A stretch of 64,000 bases of DNA. Origin: Bacteroidales bacterium (GTDB lineage Bacteria; Bacteroidota; Bacteroidia; Bacteroidales; VadinHA17). Below the pieces are notes generated by a model. That model saw only the letters and a list, made by a program, of their open reading frames with translations. It was not told where the DNA came from and did no database searches. Shown here in pieces: positions 8,913-17,495 of the stretch. A program made the position numbers and the translations under genes. Position 1 is the stretch's first letter; every line of letters begins with the position of its first letter. Location: positions 9,565-73,564 of the forward strand of contig JAXDBC010000017.1 of NCBI GenBank assembly GCA_034679225.1. Direction: 5' to 3'.

Positions 8913-10451
8913 TTATCCTGCCCATCCCTCGCGGTCGAGGTTCCTGTAATTGATCGCTTCGGAAATATGTTCCGCGCTTATGTTCTCTGATTCCGCGAGG
9001 TCGGCGATTGTTCTTGCCAGCTTTAGTATCCTGTCGTAGGCCCTTGCAGACAAACCCCTGATATTCATTGCAGTGCGTAGCAGTTTCCCCCCGGCCTCAT
9101 CGAGCCGGCAATATTTTCTCTGCATTGAAGCTGTCATCTGGGCGTTTGCATATATCCCTTTCACGGAAGCAAAGCGTTTAGCCTGTATCTCCCGTGCTCT
9201 CACAACTCTTTCCCTTACAACAGACGAGTGTTCGGAATTTAAATTATCTGCCAGCTTGTCATATTTTACAGGAACCACTTCGATATGTATATCTATTCTG
9301 TCGAGCAGCGGTCCGGAGATGCGGTTCAGGTATTTCTGCCTCATTCCCGCGTTGCACATGCATTCTCTTTCAGGGTGGTTATAGTAGCCGCAGGGGCACG
9401 GGTTCATGGAAGCAATGAGCATGAAGCTTGCCGGGTAATCGCAGGTCGATCTTGCCCGTGAGATGGTTATTATCCTGTCCTCGAGCGGTTGTCGCATCAC
9501 CTCCAGAACAGTTCGCTTGAATTCAGGCAGTTCATCGAGGAACAGCACCCCGTTATGTCCGAGGGAGATTTCCCCGGGTTGCGGCACCGTCCCACCGCCG
9601 ACCAGGGCCACATTGGATATTGTATGGTGCGGACTTCTGAAAGGTCGCCTGGTCATCAGGGCAGTATGGTCGTCTATCTTGCCTGCAACCGAATGGATTT
9701 TTGTGGTTTCGAGTGCTTCCTCGAGTGTAAGCGGGGGCATTATTGATGCTACTCTCTTGGCCAGCATCGTTTTGCCGGCACCGGGCGGACCAATCATCAG
9801 AAGGTTATGATGCCCTGCAGCGGCAACCTCCAGGGCCCGTTTCACGTTTTCCTGTCCGCGGACATCCGAAAAATCGATGTCGTATCTGTTTGCTTCTTCC
9901 CTGAAAAGGCTGTCAATATCAACCTTTACCGGTTCAAACTGCCTCAATCCGTTGAAAAAATCAATGACATCCCCGAGCTTTTCCATCCCGTAAACATCCA
10001 GTCCCGAGACCACCGCCGCCTCCCGGGCATTTTTCACGGGCACTATTACCCCCTTGAAGCCTTCTTCCCTTGCACTGAGGGCTATTGGAAGAACACCTTT
10101 CACGGGCTGAAGCGTCCCGTCGAGGGAAAGTTCACCCATCATGATGTAGGATTCGATTTCTCCCGGTGCTATCTTTTCATCAGCCGCCAGGATTCCGACT
10201 GCCAGGGGAAGGTCGTACGACGATCCCTCCTTCCTGATATCGGCCGGGGCCATGTTTATAAGCACCTGCTGACCGGGCCACCTGAAGCCCAGGCATCGGA
10301 GCGACGACTCTATCCGCTGCTGGCTCTCTTTCACTGCCACATCGGGAAGACCGACAAGAAAAAAGCGTATCCCCCTGGATACATTGACTTCAATAGTCAC
10401 CGTAACTGCATCAATGCCTGCCACGGCACTGGCGAATGTCCTTACCAACAT
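8913..10451 (-). CDS. comM: YifB/ComM family Mg-chelatase-like AAA+ ATPase
   Basis: 512 aa. Walker A GPPGAGKTMLA and Walker B VLFLDELPEF. The N-terminal Lon-like domain and C-terminal ChlI-like region are typical of YifB/ComM. Confidence 0.9.
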   Translation of the reverse strand: MLVRTFASAVAGIDAVTVTIEVNVSRGIRFFLVGLPDVAVKESQQRIESSLRCLGFRWPGQQVLINMAPADIRKEGSSYDLPLAVGILAADEKIAPGEIESYIMMGELSLDGTLQPVKGVLPIALSAREEGFKGVIVPVKNAREAAVVSGLDVYGMEKLGDVIDFFNGLRQFEPVKVDIDSLFREEANRYDIDFSDVRGQENVKRALEVAAAGHHNLLMIGPPGAGKTMLAKRVASIMPPLTLEEALETTKIHSVAGKIDDHTALMTRRPFRSPHHTISNVALVGGGTVPQPGEISLGHNGVLFLDELPEFKRTVLEVMRQPLEDRIITISRARSTCDYPASFMLIASMNPCPCGYYNHPERECMCNAGMRQKYLNRISGPLLDRIDIHIEVVPVKYDKLADNLNSEHSSVVRERVVRAREIQAKRFASVKGIYANAQMTASMQRKYCRLDEAGGKLLRTAMNIRGLSARAYDRILKLARTIADLAESENISAEHISEAINYRNLDREGWAG

Positions 10452-10567
10452 AATATTATACTTGCACGATTAGCGAAACACGGTATCAAATATAATAAAA
10501 AGATGTAACAAGGACAAAGACCTGCAACTAAAGTTTAACAGACATTTTAAAAACCCTGAAACAACAC

Positions 10568-10586
10568 GTTATAACAATATTATAAC
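10568..10586. promoter_or_regulatory. Pair of GTTATAAC-type palindromes (second copy of the mazE-upstream motif)
   Basis: GTTATAACAATATTATAAC differs at one base from GTTATAACAATGTTATAAC at 59253-59271. It lies in the comM-upstream intergenic region. Confidence 0.3.
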
Positions 10587-10679
10587 ATAGTTTTAAAGCA
10601 CTGTAAACAAGGTATCTCCATTTCAGATATCAAGGAGGATTGTGATGACAGGTATTAAACAGATAGACTAAGAAATTAA

Positions 10680-10770
10680 CCACGGAGAGCACACAGAACA
10701 CAGACAAAACACGGATTGTCTCAAGTAACAAAACCCGTGATATTCTCCGTGAAATCCGTGAAACCCGTGG
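10680..10770. repeat. CACGG/CCGTG word cluster with 9-nt direct repeats and nested inverted repeats
   Basis: CCACGGAGAG (10680-10689) pairs with TCTCCGTG (10744-10751). Direct repeats TCCGTGAAA TCCGTGAAA CCCGTGG lie at 10746-10770 and ACACAGA ACACAGA at 10691-10704. The cluster lies 10 nt past the lytTR stop codon on the - strand. Confidence 0.6.
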
Positions 10771-10780
10771 TAAAAACAAA

Positions 10781-11494
10781 TCACAAAAAATTCCTGCCGA
10801 TGAATTCCTGGAATTTTTCCCTGTATTGTTCACTTACAGGGATGTATGTCTTTCCGAAAACTATCCTGCTCCTTTCTATTATCTCAATCCTTTCGAGGTT
10901 AACAATGAAAGACCTGTGTACCCTCATGAACTTCGCGGGCGGAAGCTTGGCCTCGAGCAGTTTCATAGTAATAAGCGAGAGCACCGGCCTTGATTCACCT
11001 GTTGTGTAAATCTTCACGTAATCCTTGAGGCCTTCGATATAGAGTATATCGTTGAAGTTGATCCTTCTTATCTTGTAATCCGATTTCAGGAACAGGAATT
11101 CGTTGTTCGATTCCACCTTTTCCTGTTCGCCCTGTTCCACCCTGATAAGTCTTGCAGCCTTCCCGACAGCCTTCAGGAATTCCTCATAGCTGAAAGGCTT
11201 CAGGAGATAATCGACAACATCGAGCTTGAATCCGTCGAGAGCGTATTTTTCATAAGCGGTGGTAAAAACCACCCTCGCCCCTCCGGTGAGCGCTCTTGTG
11301 AATTCAATCCCTGTGAGGTCGGGCATTTGGATGTCGATGAAGATCAGATTCACTTTTTCGTTGATAACGAACTCCAGGGCTTCCTGGGGATTGTCAAAAC
11401 TACCCGCCAGTTCCAGCCCCGGAGTTTTTGTGATATACCCCGTTACCAGCTGTAAGGCCAGAGGCTCATCATCCACTGCGATTGTTCTGATCAT
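10781..11494 (-). CDS. LytR/AlgR (LytTR) family response regulator
   Basis: Receiver domain MIRTIAVDDEPLAL...FIDIQMPDLTGIEF and C-terminal LytTR domain FMRVHRSFIVNLERI. Confidence 0.9.
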   Translation of the reverse strand: MIRTIAVDDEPLALQLVTGYITKTPGLELAGSFDNPQEALEFVINEKVNLIFIDIQMPDLTGIEFTRALTGGARVVFTTAYEKYALDGFKLDVVDYLLKPFSYEEFLKAVGKAARLIRVEQGEQEKVESNNEFLFLKSDYKIRRINFNDILYIEGLKDYVKIYTTGESRPVLSLITMKLLEAKLPPAKFMRVHRSFIVNLERIEIIERSRIVFGKTYIPVSEQYREKFQEFIGRNFL

Positions 11495-12636
11495 CAGGCT
11501 GTTGCTATTTTAAGGCTAACATCAAAGCGATTTCCCTCAGTACTTATTTTCAGGTCATGACTACTCGGAAAAAGAAGGCTGAGTCTTTTCTTTACATTTT
11601 CCAGACCAATACCCCCGGGAGAAGGTTCCTGCCCCTTATCCCCTTTACCTTCATGAAGAGAGTTGGAGCAAATGAACACAATGGAACCGGCTTCCGCTTT
11701 CATATCGATACCAATGAACGACTTTTCGCGGTAGCTTATTCCGTGTTTGAATGCATTTTCTATGAAAGGTATAAAAAGCAGAGGTTGTATGTTTCTGTCG
11801 GCATATTCGTCCGGGAAACTCACATTCAGCGTAACCCTATCATTCATCCTGAGCTTCATCAGGTCGATGTAGTTCTTCATGAACTCTATCTCATGGCTCA
11901 GCATGGTATTCCCCTTCTCTGAATCATATATCAGGTATCTCATCAATTTCGACAGTTTCAGAACTGCCTCCTGTGAATCCTTCTGGTTTATTCCGATTAG
12001 GGAATAGATGTTATTCAGCGTGTTGAAGAAGAAGTGCGGGCTTATCTGATTCTTCAGGAAAGCAAGTTCCGAATTGAGCTTTTCCTTTTCGATCTCCTTG
12101 CTGAGTTCCTCTATCTGTGACTGGCGTTCGAGAACCTTCAGACCGAGGGAAAGGAACATCAGGAACATTGCTGTCGGGAAATAATTGAACATATGCACCT
12201 TCCTGAACGGATCCCTTAAAGCTCTCACTGGCGGAGGCGGCCCTCCCCGGGGTCCGGGCGGAGGTGAGTTCATTTCGGCTTGACTGTCCTGAGCTATTTC
12301 CGGTATATTTTTTATCACCAATCTGTTCGAGAAGTCTGAAACAAAGTAAAGACCGATCACCAGTATAACCACGTTGAGGTAATATCTTTTCTTGCTTTCC
12401 CTGAAAAATAGTTTTGGAACGAGGATCAGGTAATTGATATAGAAGATCGAAACCCAGATAAAGGTGTTGATATAGTAAATCCACAGAAGGTCCTTTGCCA
12501 CTGGCAAGTGCGAAATGAAGAAAAGCGGCAATCCTATAAAGATCGCCCACACTATTGCGTGAAGCAACACTTTTATTCCCTTCGTCCTGAAACTTCCCGG
12601 TTTCATTTTGCCGTCATTCATACCTGAGAGCATCAA
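11494..12636 (-). CDS. LytS/YehU-type sensor histidine kinase
   Basis: N-terminal TM helices, H-box FLKNQISPHFFFNTLNNIYSL and a GHKL C-terminus (GGIGLENVKKRL). Its stop overlaps the regulator start (TGATG). The true start may be a downstream Met, for example 12606, which would remove the overlap with the permease gene. Confidence 0.85.
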   Translation of the reverse strand: MMLSGMNDGKMKPGSFRTKGIKVLLHAIVWAIFIGLPLFFISHLPVAKDLLWIYYINTFIWVSIFYINYLILVPKLFFRESKKRYYLNVVILVIGLYFVSDFSNRLVIKNIPEIAQDSQAEMNSPPPGPRGGPPPPVRALRDPFRKVHMFNYFPTAMFLMFLSLGLKVLERQSQIEELSKEIEKEKLNSELAFLKNQISPHFFFNTLNNIYSLIGINQKDSQEAVLKLSKLMRYLIYDSEKGNTMLSHEIEFMKNYIDLMKLRMNDRVTLNVSFPDEYADRNIQPLLFIPFIENAFKHGISYREKSFIGIDMKAEAGSIVFICSNSLHEGKGDKGQEPSPGGIGLENVKKRLSLLFPSSHDLKISTEGNRFDVSLKIATA

Positions 12637-13834
12637 TAGGATTAAGGTTTGCAGCCTTACGAGCGGGGTACCAACCGAAGAACACTCCGATAACGAAACA
12701 AACTGCGAACGCCAGCACCACCGACTTAGTTGTTACAACAACCGGACTGTTCATCAACGTTCCTGCTACGGTTGCTATGAAGTAGCCGAATACCACGCCG
12801 AGAGCTCCTCCCAATATACTCATTATTATCGATTCAACAAGGAATTGCCTGAGGATGTCGCGACTCCTGCCGCCTATTGACATTCTTAACCCGATTTCCC
12901 TGGTTCTCTCGGTAACAGATACAAACATGATATTCATGATCCCTATTCCGCCAACCAGCAGTGATATCCCTGCAATTGCACCAAGAAGGTAAGTCATTAT
13001 GTCGGTTATTGATGAAACCGTCTCAAGGAGTTCCGACTGCGACATAACCCTGAAGTCGTCTTCTTCGGATTCTTTCAGTTTATGGGTCCGCCTGAGTATT
13101 TCCGTCACCTCATCGGCTGCCGCAGTACTCTTCTCCTCGCTGATTGCCGATGCATAGATCCCGTTTATGTAATCGATCGCGGCAAGTCTTCTCTGCACTG
13201 TTGTATAAGGCGCCAGTATAAGATCATCCTGATCTTGCCCCATACCGCTTTCCCCTTTATCCTCAAGCACACCTATAATTTCAAAGGGAAGGTTTTTTAT
13301 CCTTATGGTGACTCCTACCGGATCAGTTCCTTCGCCAAAGAGGTTTTCAACCACAGTTGTACCGAGGATGCAGACTTTAGACATCCCTCTCATCTCGCCG
13401 GAAGTAAATATTCTTCCGCTTCTTATTTTCAGTTTCCTGATGTTGAGGTATTCCTCGCTTACGCCATGTATCGTGGTCTGGGTGTTCTGGTTGCCATAGA
13501 TCACCTGTCCGCTGGCTGAGACCTGGGGCGAAATTTCAGAGAGATACACTGATTCATTCCGGAGTGTTTCCACGTCGCTCATTTTCAAAGCCATTGAACT
13601 GGAGGCACCAAGGCTGACACCTCCCCTCATCTGCATGTTTGGCATTATCATTATTAGGTTTGTACCCATGGAAGACATCTGATCCTGGATATTCTTTTTT
13701 GATCCTTCGCCTATTGCAAGCATGGCGATCACCGAAGCCACTCCAATTATTATCCCAAGCATGGTAAGGATTGCCCTGAGCTTGTTCCGGACCAGTGCCC
13801 GTACAGCTATTTTCAAAAGATTCTTTATATTCAT
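12614..13834 (-). CDS. MacB-like ABC transporter permease (FtsX family with periplasmic domain)
   Basis: 406 aa: an N-terminal TM helix, a large periplasmic domain and a C-terminal FtsX bundle with REIGLRMSIGGRSRDILRQFLVES. Confidence 0.9.
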   Translation of the reverse strand: MNIKNLLKIAVRALVRNKLRAILTMLGIIIGVASVIAMLAIGEGSKKNIQDQMSSMGTNLIMIMPNMQMRGGVSLGASSSMALKMSDVETLRNESVYLSEISPQVSASGQVIYGNQNTQTTIHGVSEEYLNIRKLKIRSGRIFTSGEMRGMSKVCILGTTVVENLFGEGTDPVGVTIRIKNLPFEIIGVLEDKGESGMGQDQDDLILAPYTTVQRRLAAIDYINGIYASAISEEKSTAAADEVTEILRRTHKLKESEEDDFRVMSQSELLETVSSITDIMTYLLGAIAGISLLVGGIGIMNIMFVSVTERTREIGLRMSIGGRSRDILRQFLVESIIMSILGGALGVVFGYFIATVAGTLMNSPVVVTTKSVVLAFAVCFVIGVFFGWYPARKAANLNPIDALRYE

Positions 13835-13849
13835 TGCCTGCTTCTTTTG

Positions 13850-14608
13850 TCAGTTTTCAAACTCCTCAATAGTCTCAACCGGTAGTGTTTTGAGCACGTC
13901 AGTTGCAAAGAGCCGGTCCGTCACCATGTTTTCACGCTGTATCCTTCCGTCTCTGAACACCACGTTCCTGGTTGCAAACCTGGCTATATCGGGTTCATGA
14001 GTTACAAAGACTATTGTTCTTCCCTTCTCGTTGAGAGTCTGAAAAAGTTCCATGATCTCCACCGAAGTCCTGGTATCGAGGTTTCCTGTAGGTTCATCGG
14101 CAAGTATGAGTACCGGGTCGTTCACCAGTGACCGGGCTATTGCAACCCTTTGCTGCTGACCGCCGGAAAGCTGGTTGGGCATATGTCCCATCCTTTCCTT
14201 CAGCCCCACGGCTTCAAGTGCGTTGACCGCCCTTTCGAGGCGTTCCTTCGATTTAATTTTTGGATTGTAGAACAGCGGTAGTTCCACATTCTCGAGGGCG
14301 GTGGTGCGGGGAAGAAGGTTATATGCCTGGAAGACGAATCCCAGTTTCCTGTTCCTCAGCCTGGCCAGTTCGTCCCGGTTCATGGAATTCACATTTGTCC
14401 CATCAAGGAGATAATCACCACCGGTAGGCTGGTCGAGGCAGCCGAGTATGTTGAGCATGGTCGATTTCCCGGATCCGCTCATTCCCATGATGGCCACAAA
14501 TTCACCCTCTCTTATCTGCAGATCGACCCCCCTCAGCGCGTGAACGACGACCTCGCCGACATGATAGTTTTTCCTAAGCTTTTTTATTTCAATTATTACG
14601 TTACCCAT
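13850..14608 (-). CDS. ABC transporter ATP-binding protein (MacB/LolD type)
   Basis: Walker A GMSGSGKST, signature LSGGQQQRVAIARSL and Walker B LILADEPTGNLD. Confidence 0.9.
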   Translation of the reverse strand: MGNVIIEIKKLRKNYHVGEVVVHALRGVDLQIREGEFVAIMGMSGSGKSTMLNILGCLDQPTGGDYLLDGTNVNSMNRDELARLRNRKLGFVFQAYNLLPRTTALENVELPLFYNPKIKSKERLERAVNALEAVGLKERMGHMPNQLSGGQQQRVAIARSLVNDPVLILADEPTGNLDTRTSVEIMELFQTLNEKGRTIVFVTHEPDIARFATRNVVFRDGRIQRENMVTDRLFATDVLKTLPVETIEEFEN

Positions 14609-14645
14609 GACATTCCAATTGTTTGTTTTGCCTCATCCGTCGCGA

Positions 14646-15935
14646 CTAGAATGGCATCGGAGCTCCCGGACCGCCGGTCATTCTGTTGCTTGATTTCTTT
14701 AGCGGATCGGTCATTGCAACAACCACCTCATCACCTTCATTCAATCCAGACAGAACCTCTACACTCGAACCGTTCTGGATACCGAGTTTGATCATCACCG
14801 GTTTCAGGCTGTTATCTGCATTCTTCACCCACACAGTCTTGATTCCTCCGGGAAGCTCCGGGAATGATCCGGACTGAAGCAGGCCTTCCGGCATTGAGCC
14901 TGCGGTCATCCCGACCGAAGGAACTGGCATTTTCATAGCCGAAGGGTCCATTTCTGCAGGCATTCCTTCAGCGGTACCGTTCTTCATGGCTTCCTTCATC
15001 ATTTTCATCAGGTATTCCGAATCGGGAGTAAAACGTACCGCCTTACCTGAAAGGATGAGAGTATTCTGTTTCTCTTCTATGAAAATCGTGGCGCTCGCCG
15101 TCATCCCCGGCATAAGCTTTTTCCCTGGATTGGGAGCGCTGAATATCACTACATAGGTTACAACGTTATTTGTAGTAACAGGCTTCAGTCTTACCTGCGA
15201 CACCGAACCTTCAAACTTTTCATCGGGATAGGAGTCAACCGTAAACTGGACTCTCTGGCCCAGTCTAACCTGCCCTATATCAGCCTCGTCAACGCTTGCC
15301 CGAACTTCCATCTGGGTAAGGTCGTTGGCGATGGTGAACATCTCGGGAGTGTTGAAACTTGCGGCTACAGTCTGACCCTCTTCTATTGCCCTATTCAGCA
15401 CCACACCGTCGATAGGTGAATAGATGGTGGCATAGGCAAGATTGACTCTCGCCCGGTCAAGGGCTGATTTTGCATTGTTAAGTAAGGCCTTTGAATTCTG
15501 GTAATTGTAAACAGCCTGGTCATAGTCGGCCTGGGCGATAAGGTTCTTTTCATAAAGCACCTTCATCCTGTTCCAGGTTGCTTCCTGAAAATCTAGCTGT
15601 GCCTTTGCCTGGTCGACCGATGCCTGGCTTTGTTCAAGTTGCGTCCTCAATGGTGTCTCGTCAAGCCTGGCAAGTACCTGGCCCTGTTTTACATTGTCGT
15701 TGAAATCGACATACACATGTTCAATTATCCCCGAAACCTGAGTGCCTACCTCAACAGTGGTAATGGCTTCTATGGTACCGGTTGAAGTAATCGTGTTTGT
15801 AATATCTCCCTTCACAACCTTCACAGTTTCGAAAGAGTATTCAGTCGTCTTCGCCCTGAATAGCTTCAATACAACCAGGACAATCAGGGCCACCATAATC
15901 AGGCCGATGATTATTAATGCCTTCTTTTTCATCAT
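14646..15935 (-). CDS. Efflux periplasmic adaptor (HlyD/MacA family) with Met-rich insert
   Basis: N-terminal membrane anchor MMKKKALIIIGLIMVALIVLVVL, a coiled-coil hairpin (QLEQSQASVDQAKAQL) and beta-barrel segments. Residues 307-349 are Met-rich: EYLMKMMKEAMKNGTAEGMPAEMDPSAMKMPVPSVGMTAGSMP. Confidence 0.85.
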   Translation of the reverse strand: MMKKKALIIIGLIMVALIVLVVLKLFRAKTTEYSFETVKVVKGDITNTITSTGTIEAITTVEVGTQVSGIIEHVYVDFNDNVKQGQVLARLDETPLRTQLEQSQASVDQAKAQLDFQEATWNRMKVLYEKNLIAQADYDQAVYNYQNSKALLNNAKSALDRARVNLAYATIYSPIDGVVLNRAIEEGQTVAASFNTPEMFTIANDLTQMEVRASVDEADIGQVRLGQRVQFTVDSYPDEKFEGSVSQVRLKPVTTNNVVTYVVIFSAPNPGKKLMPGMTASATIFIEEKQNTLILSGKAVRFTPDSEYLMKMMKEAMKNGTAEGMPAEMDPSAMKMPVPSVGMTAGSMPEGLLQSGSFPELPGGIKTVWVKNADNSLKPVMIKLGIQNGSSVEVLSGLNEGDEVVVAMTDPLKKSSNRMTGGPGAPMPF

Positions 15936-16050
15936 AATATAATTTTGATTTTAAGGTCTGATGCATGCCCCGTTCAGGCGGGGGAACCCACATGGCTGAA
16001 AATTAAATAAATACGTGTTTGTGTATTTGATACATGTGGGTTTCATCATT
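15936..16050 (-). repeat. Structured intergenic element, copy 1 (tolC stop to adaptor start)
   Basis: Aligns with 17377-17495 and 31646-31765. Inner hairpin CCCCG-ttcagg-CGGGG at 15968-15983; outer inverted repeat GAACCCACATG (15984-15994) with CATGTGGGTTTC (16033-16044). Confidence 0.8.
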
Positions 16051-16068
16051 TTCTTTATTATAAGGTTT

Positions 16069-17376
16069 TTATATTGTCAATGGAATGCCCGAATAGAAAT
16101 CGAGAACCTTATAGCTGAATATCAGGTTGTACTTTGACTGCAGCAGGTTGCTTTCAGCAAGAACAAGGTTGGTTTTTGAGACGAGGTAATCGACCGAGTT
16201 TATAATTCCCTGCCTGAACTTCTCATCCGAAAGGGCTGCCGATTCGCTTGCAGCGCTGTAATTCTCGAGGCAGGCCTCATAATCCACCTGGGCTGATATT
16301 ACATCGAGGCAGGCTTGTTCAATGCTCTTCCTCAATTCGTTCCTGGTATTAAGTTCACTCAACTCCGCATCCTGGTAGCTCAGCTGTGCCACTGCCACGC
16401 TGGTTTTAACCTGTTTCCTCTGGTAGATCGGGATGGAAAGCGACAGGCCAAGCGAGGGTGAGATACCGTTGTTAACCTGATCGAAATACGGATCGCTCAT
16501 CATGCTCGAATAGTTTGTTCCGACACCTGCACTTGCCGACAGCGACGGATAATAGGCTGCCTTGGCAATCTTCTCATCAAGGGCTGCTATCTCCTTGTTG
16601 ATTTCAGCATTTTTTATCTGAGGTTTGATTCCCAGGGCTATCTGGTAAATCACAGCGACATCGGGTGTCCGGTTCTGGTTTACAGCTTCGTCAGGATTTG
16701 GATCTACAATTGCAAAACTATCTGTTACAGGAAGCTCCATCAGCTGTTCCAGGTTCACCTTCGCGATGGCGAGCTGGCTTCTGGCATTTGCCAGATTCAG
16801 TTTCTCATTTGCCAGTTGCGACTTTACCTGTGCATAGTCGGCCTGTGAGATGAGCCTTATGGCAAGCCTTTCGGCGGCAAGTTCAAGCTGGCTTCGTGTC
16901 GATTCAATCTGCCTCTCAGTATTCCTGACCTGCTCACCCGCATACAGAACCTGGAGATAAGCGTTAAGAATACTCAGGCTTATTGACTCCTTCATTGACT
17001 CGAGCGAATACTGCCCGGCCTCCATGTCGAGCCCTGCCTGCTTTATCTGATTGGTCAGTCTCGAACCGTTGAATATGGTTACCGACGAGTTCGCTGAGAT
17101 ATTCGATCCGTTCATACCATCGTAACCTGATCCGCCTGTGGCCTTGCTCCAGTTGTAATTCTGGGTAACTGAGGCATTAAGCGACGGGTAACGCTGCGCC
17201 CCTGCCTGGTCGGCATAAACCCGGTATTTCTCGTTCGCAAGCTCTCCCTTCCTGACCTGGATATTGTTTTCCAGGGCATGGTTGATACATTCCTCCAGTG
17301 TCCAGATGCTATCCTGCTGGGCCTTAAGCCCGGATGACATAAGGAAGAATACACCAATAATAATTCCATTTTTCAT
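16069..17376 (-). CDS. TolC family outer membrane efflux protein
   Basis: Signal peptide MKNGIIIGVFFLMSSGLKAQ from Met21 of the ORF (ATG 17376) and a two-repeat OEP architecture. It is the first gene of the tolC-adaptor-ATPase-permease run. Confidence 0.85.
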   Translation of the reverse strand: MKNGIIIGVFFLMSSGLKAQQDSIWTLEECINHALENNIQVRKGELANEKYRVYADQAGAQRYPSLNASVTQNYNWSKATGGSGYDGMNGSNISANSSVTIFNGSRLTNQIKQAGLDMEAGQYSLESMKESISLSILNAYLQVLYAGEQVRNTERQIESTRSQLELAAERLAIRLISQADYAQVKSQLANEKLNLANARSQLAIAKVNLEQLMELPVTDSFAIVDPNPDEAVNQNRTPDVAVIYQIALGIKPQIKNAEINKEIAALDEKIAKAAYYPSLSASAGVGTNYSSMMSDPYFDQVNNGISPSLGLSLSIPIYQRKQVKTSVAVAQLSYQDAELSELNTRNELRKSIEQACLDVISAQVDYEACLENYSAASESAALSDEKFRQGIINSVDYLVSKTNLVLAESNLLQSKYNLIFSYKVLDFYSGIPLTI

Positions 17377-17495
17377 CCGTATATGATTTATTTTAAAGGT
17401 CGGATACTGCCTGTCGGCAGACAGGGAACCACACATGATTTAAAATTATATAAATACGTGTTTATGTATTTGACACATGTGGGTTTCATGATTTT
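17377..17495 (-). repeat. Structured intergenic element, copy 2 (immediately upstream of tolC start)
   Basis: Same architecture as copy 1. The inner hairpin has a different sequence, CCTGTC-ggca-GACAGG (17410-17425). Outer repeat GAACCACACATG (17426-17437) with CATGTGGGTTTC (17476-17487). Confidence 0.8.

Noticed and set aside
9807-10508. 233-aa + strand ORF
   Set aside because: It lies entirely antisense to the well-supported comM/yifB gene. It has no recognisable motifs and its composition is typical of a shadow ORF.
10632-10671. AAGGAGG followed by an 8-codon ORF (MTGIKQID)
   Set aside because: It is too short to support, and Shine-Dalgarno-led initiation is not a feature of the other genes in this window. 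It is probably coincidental.
12011-12550. 179-aa - strand ORF in a second frame of the histidine kinase gene
   Set aside because: It is an out-of-frame overlap with a kinase ORF that carries TM helices and the H-box. The alternative product is Arg/Gly/Ser-rich.
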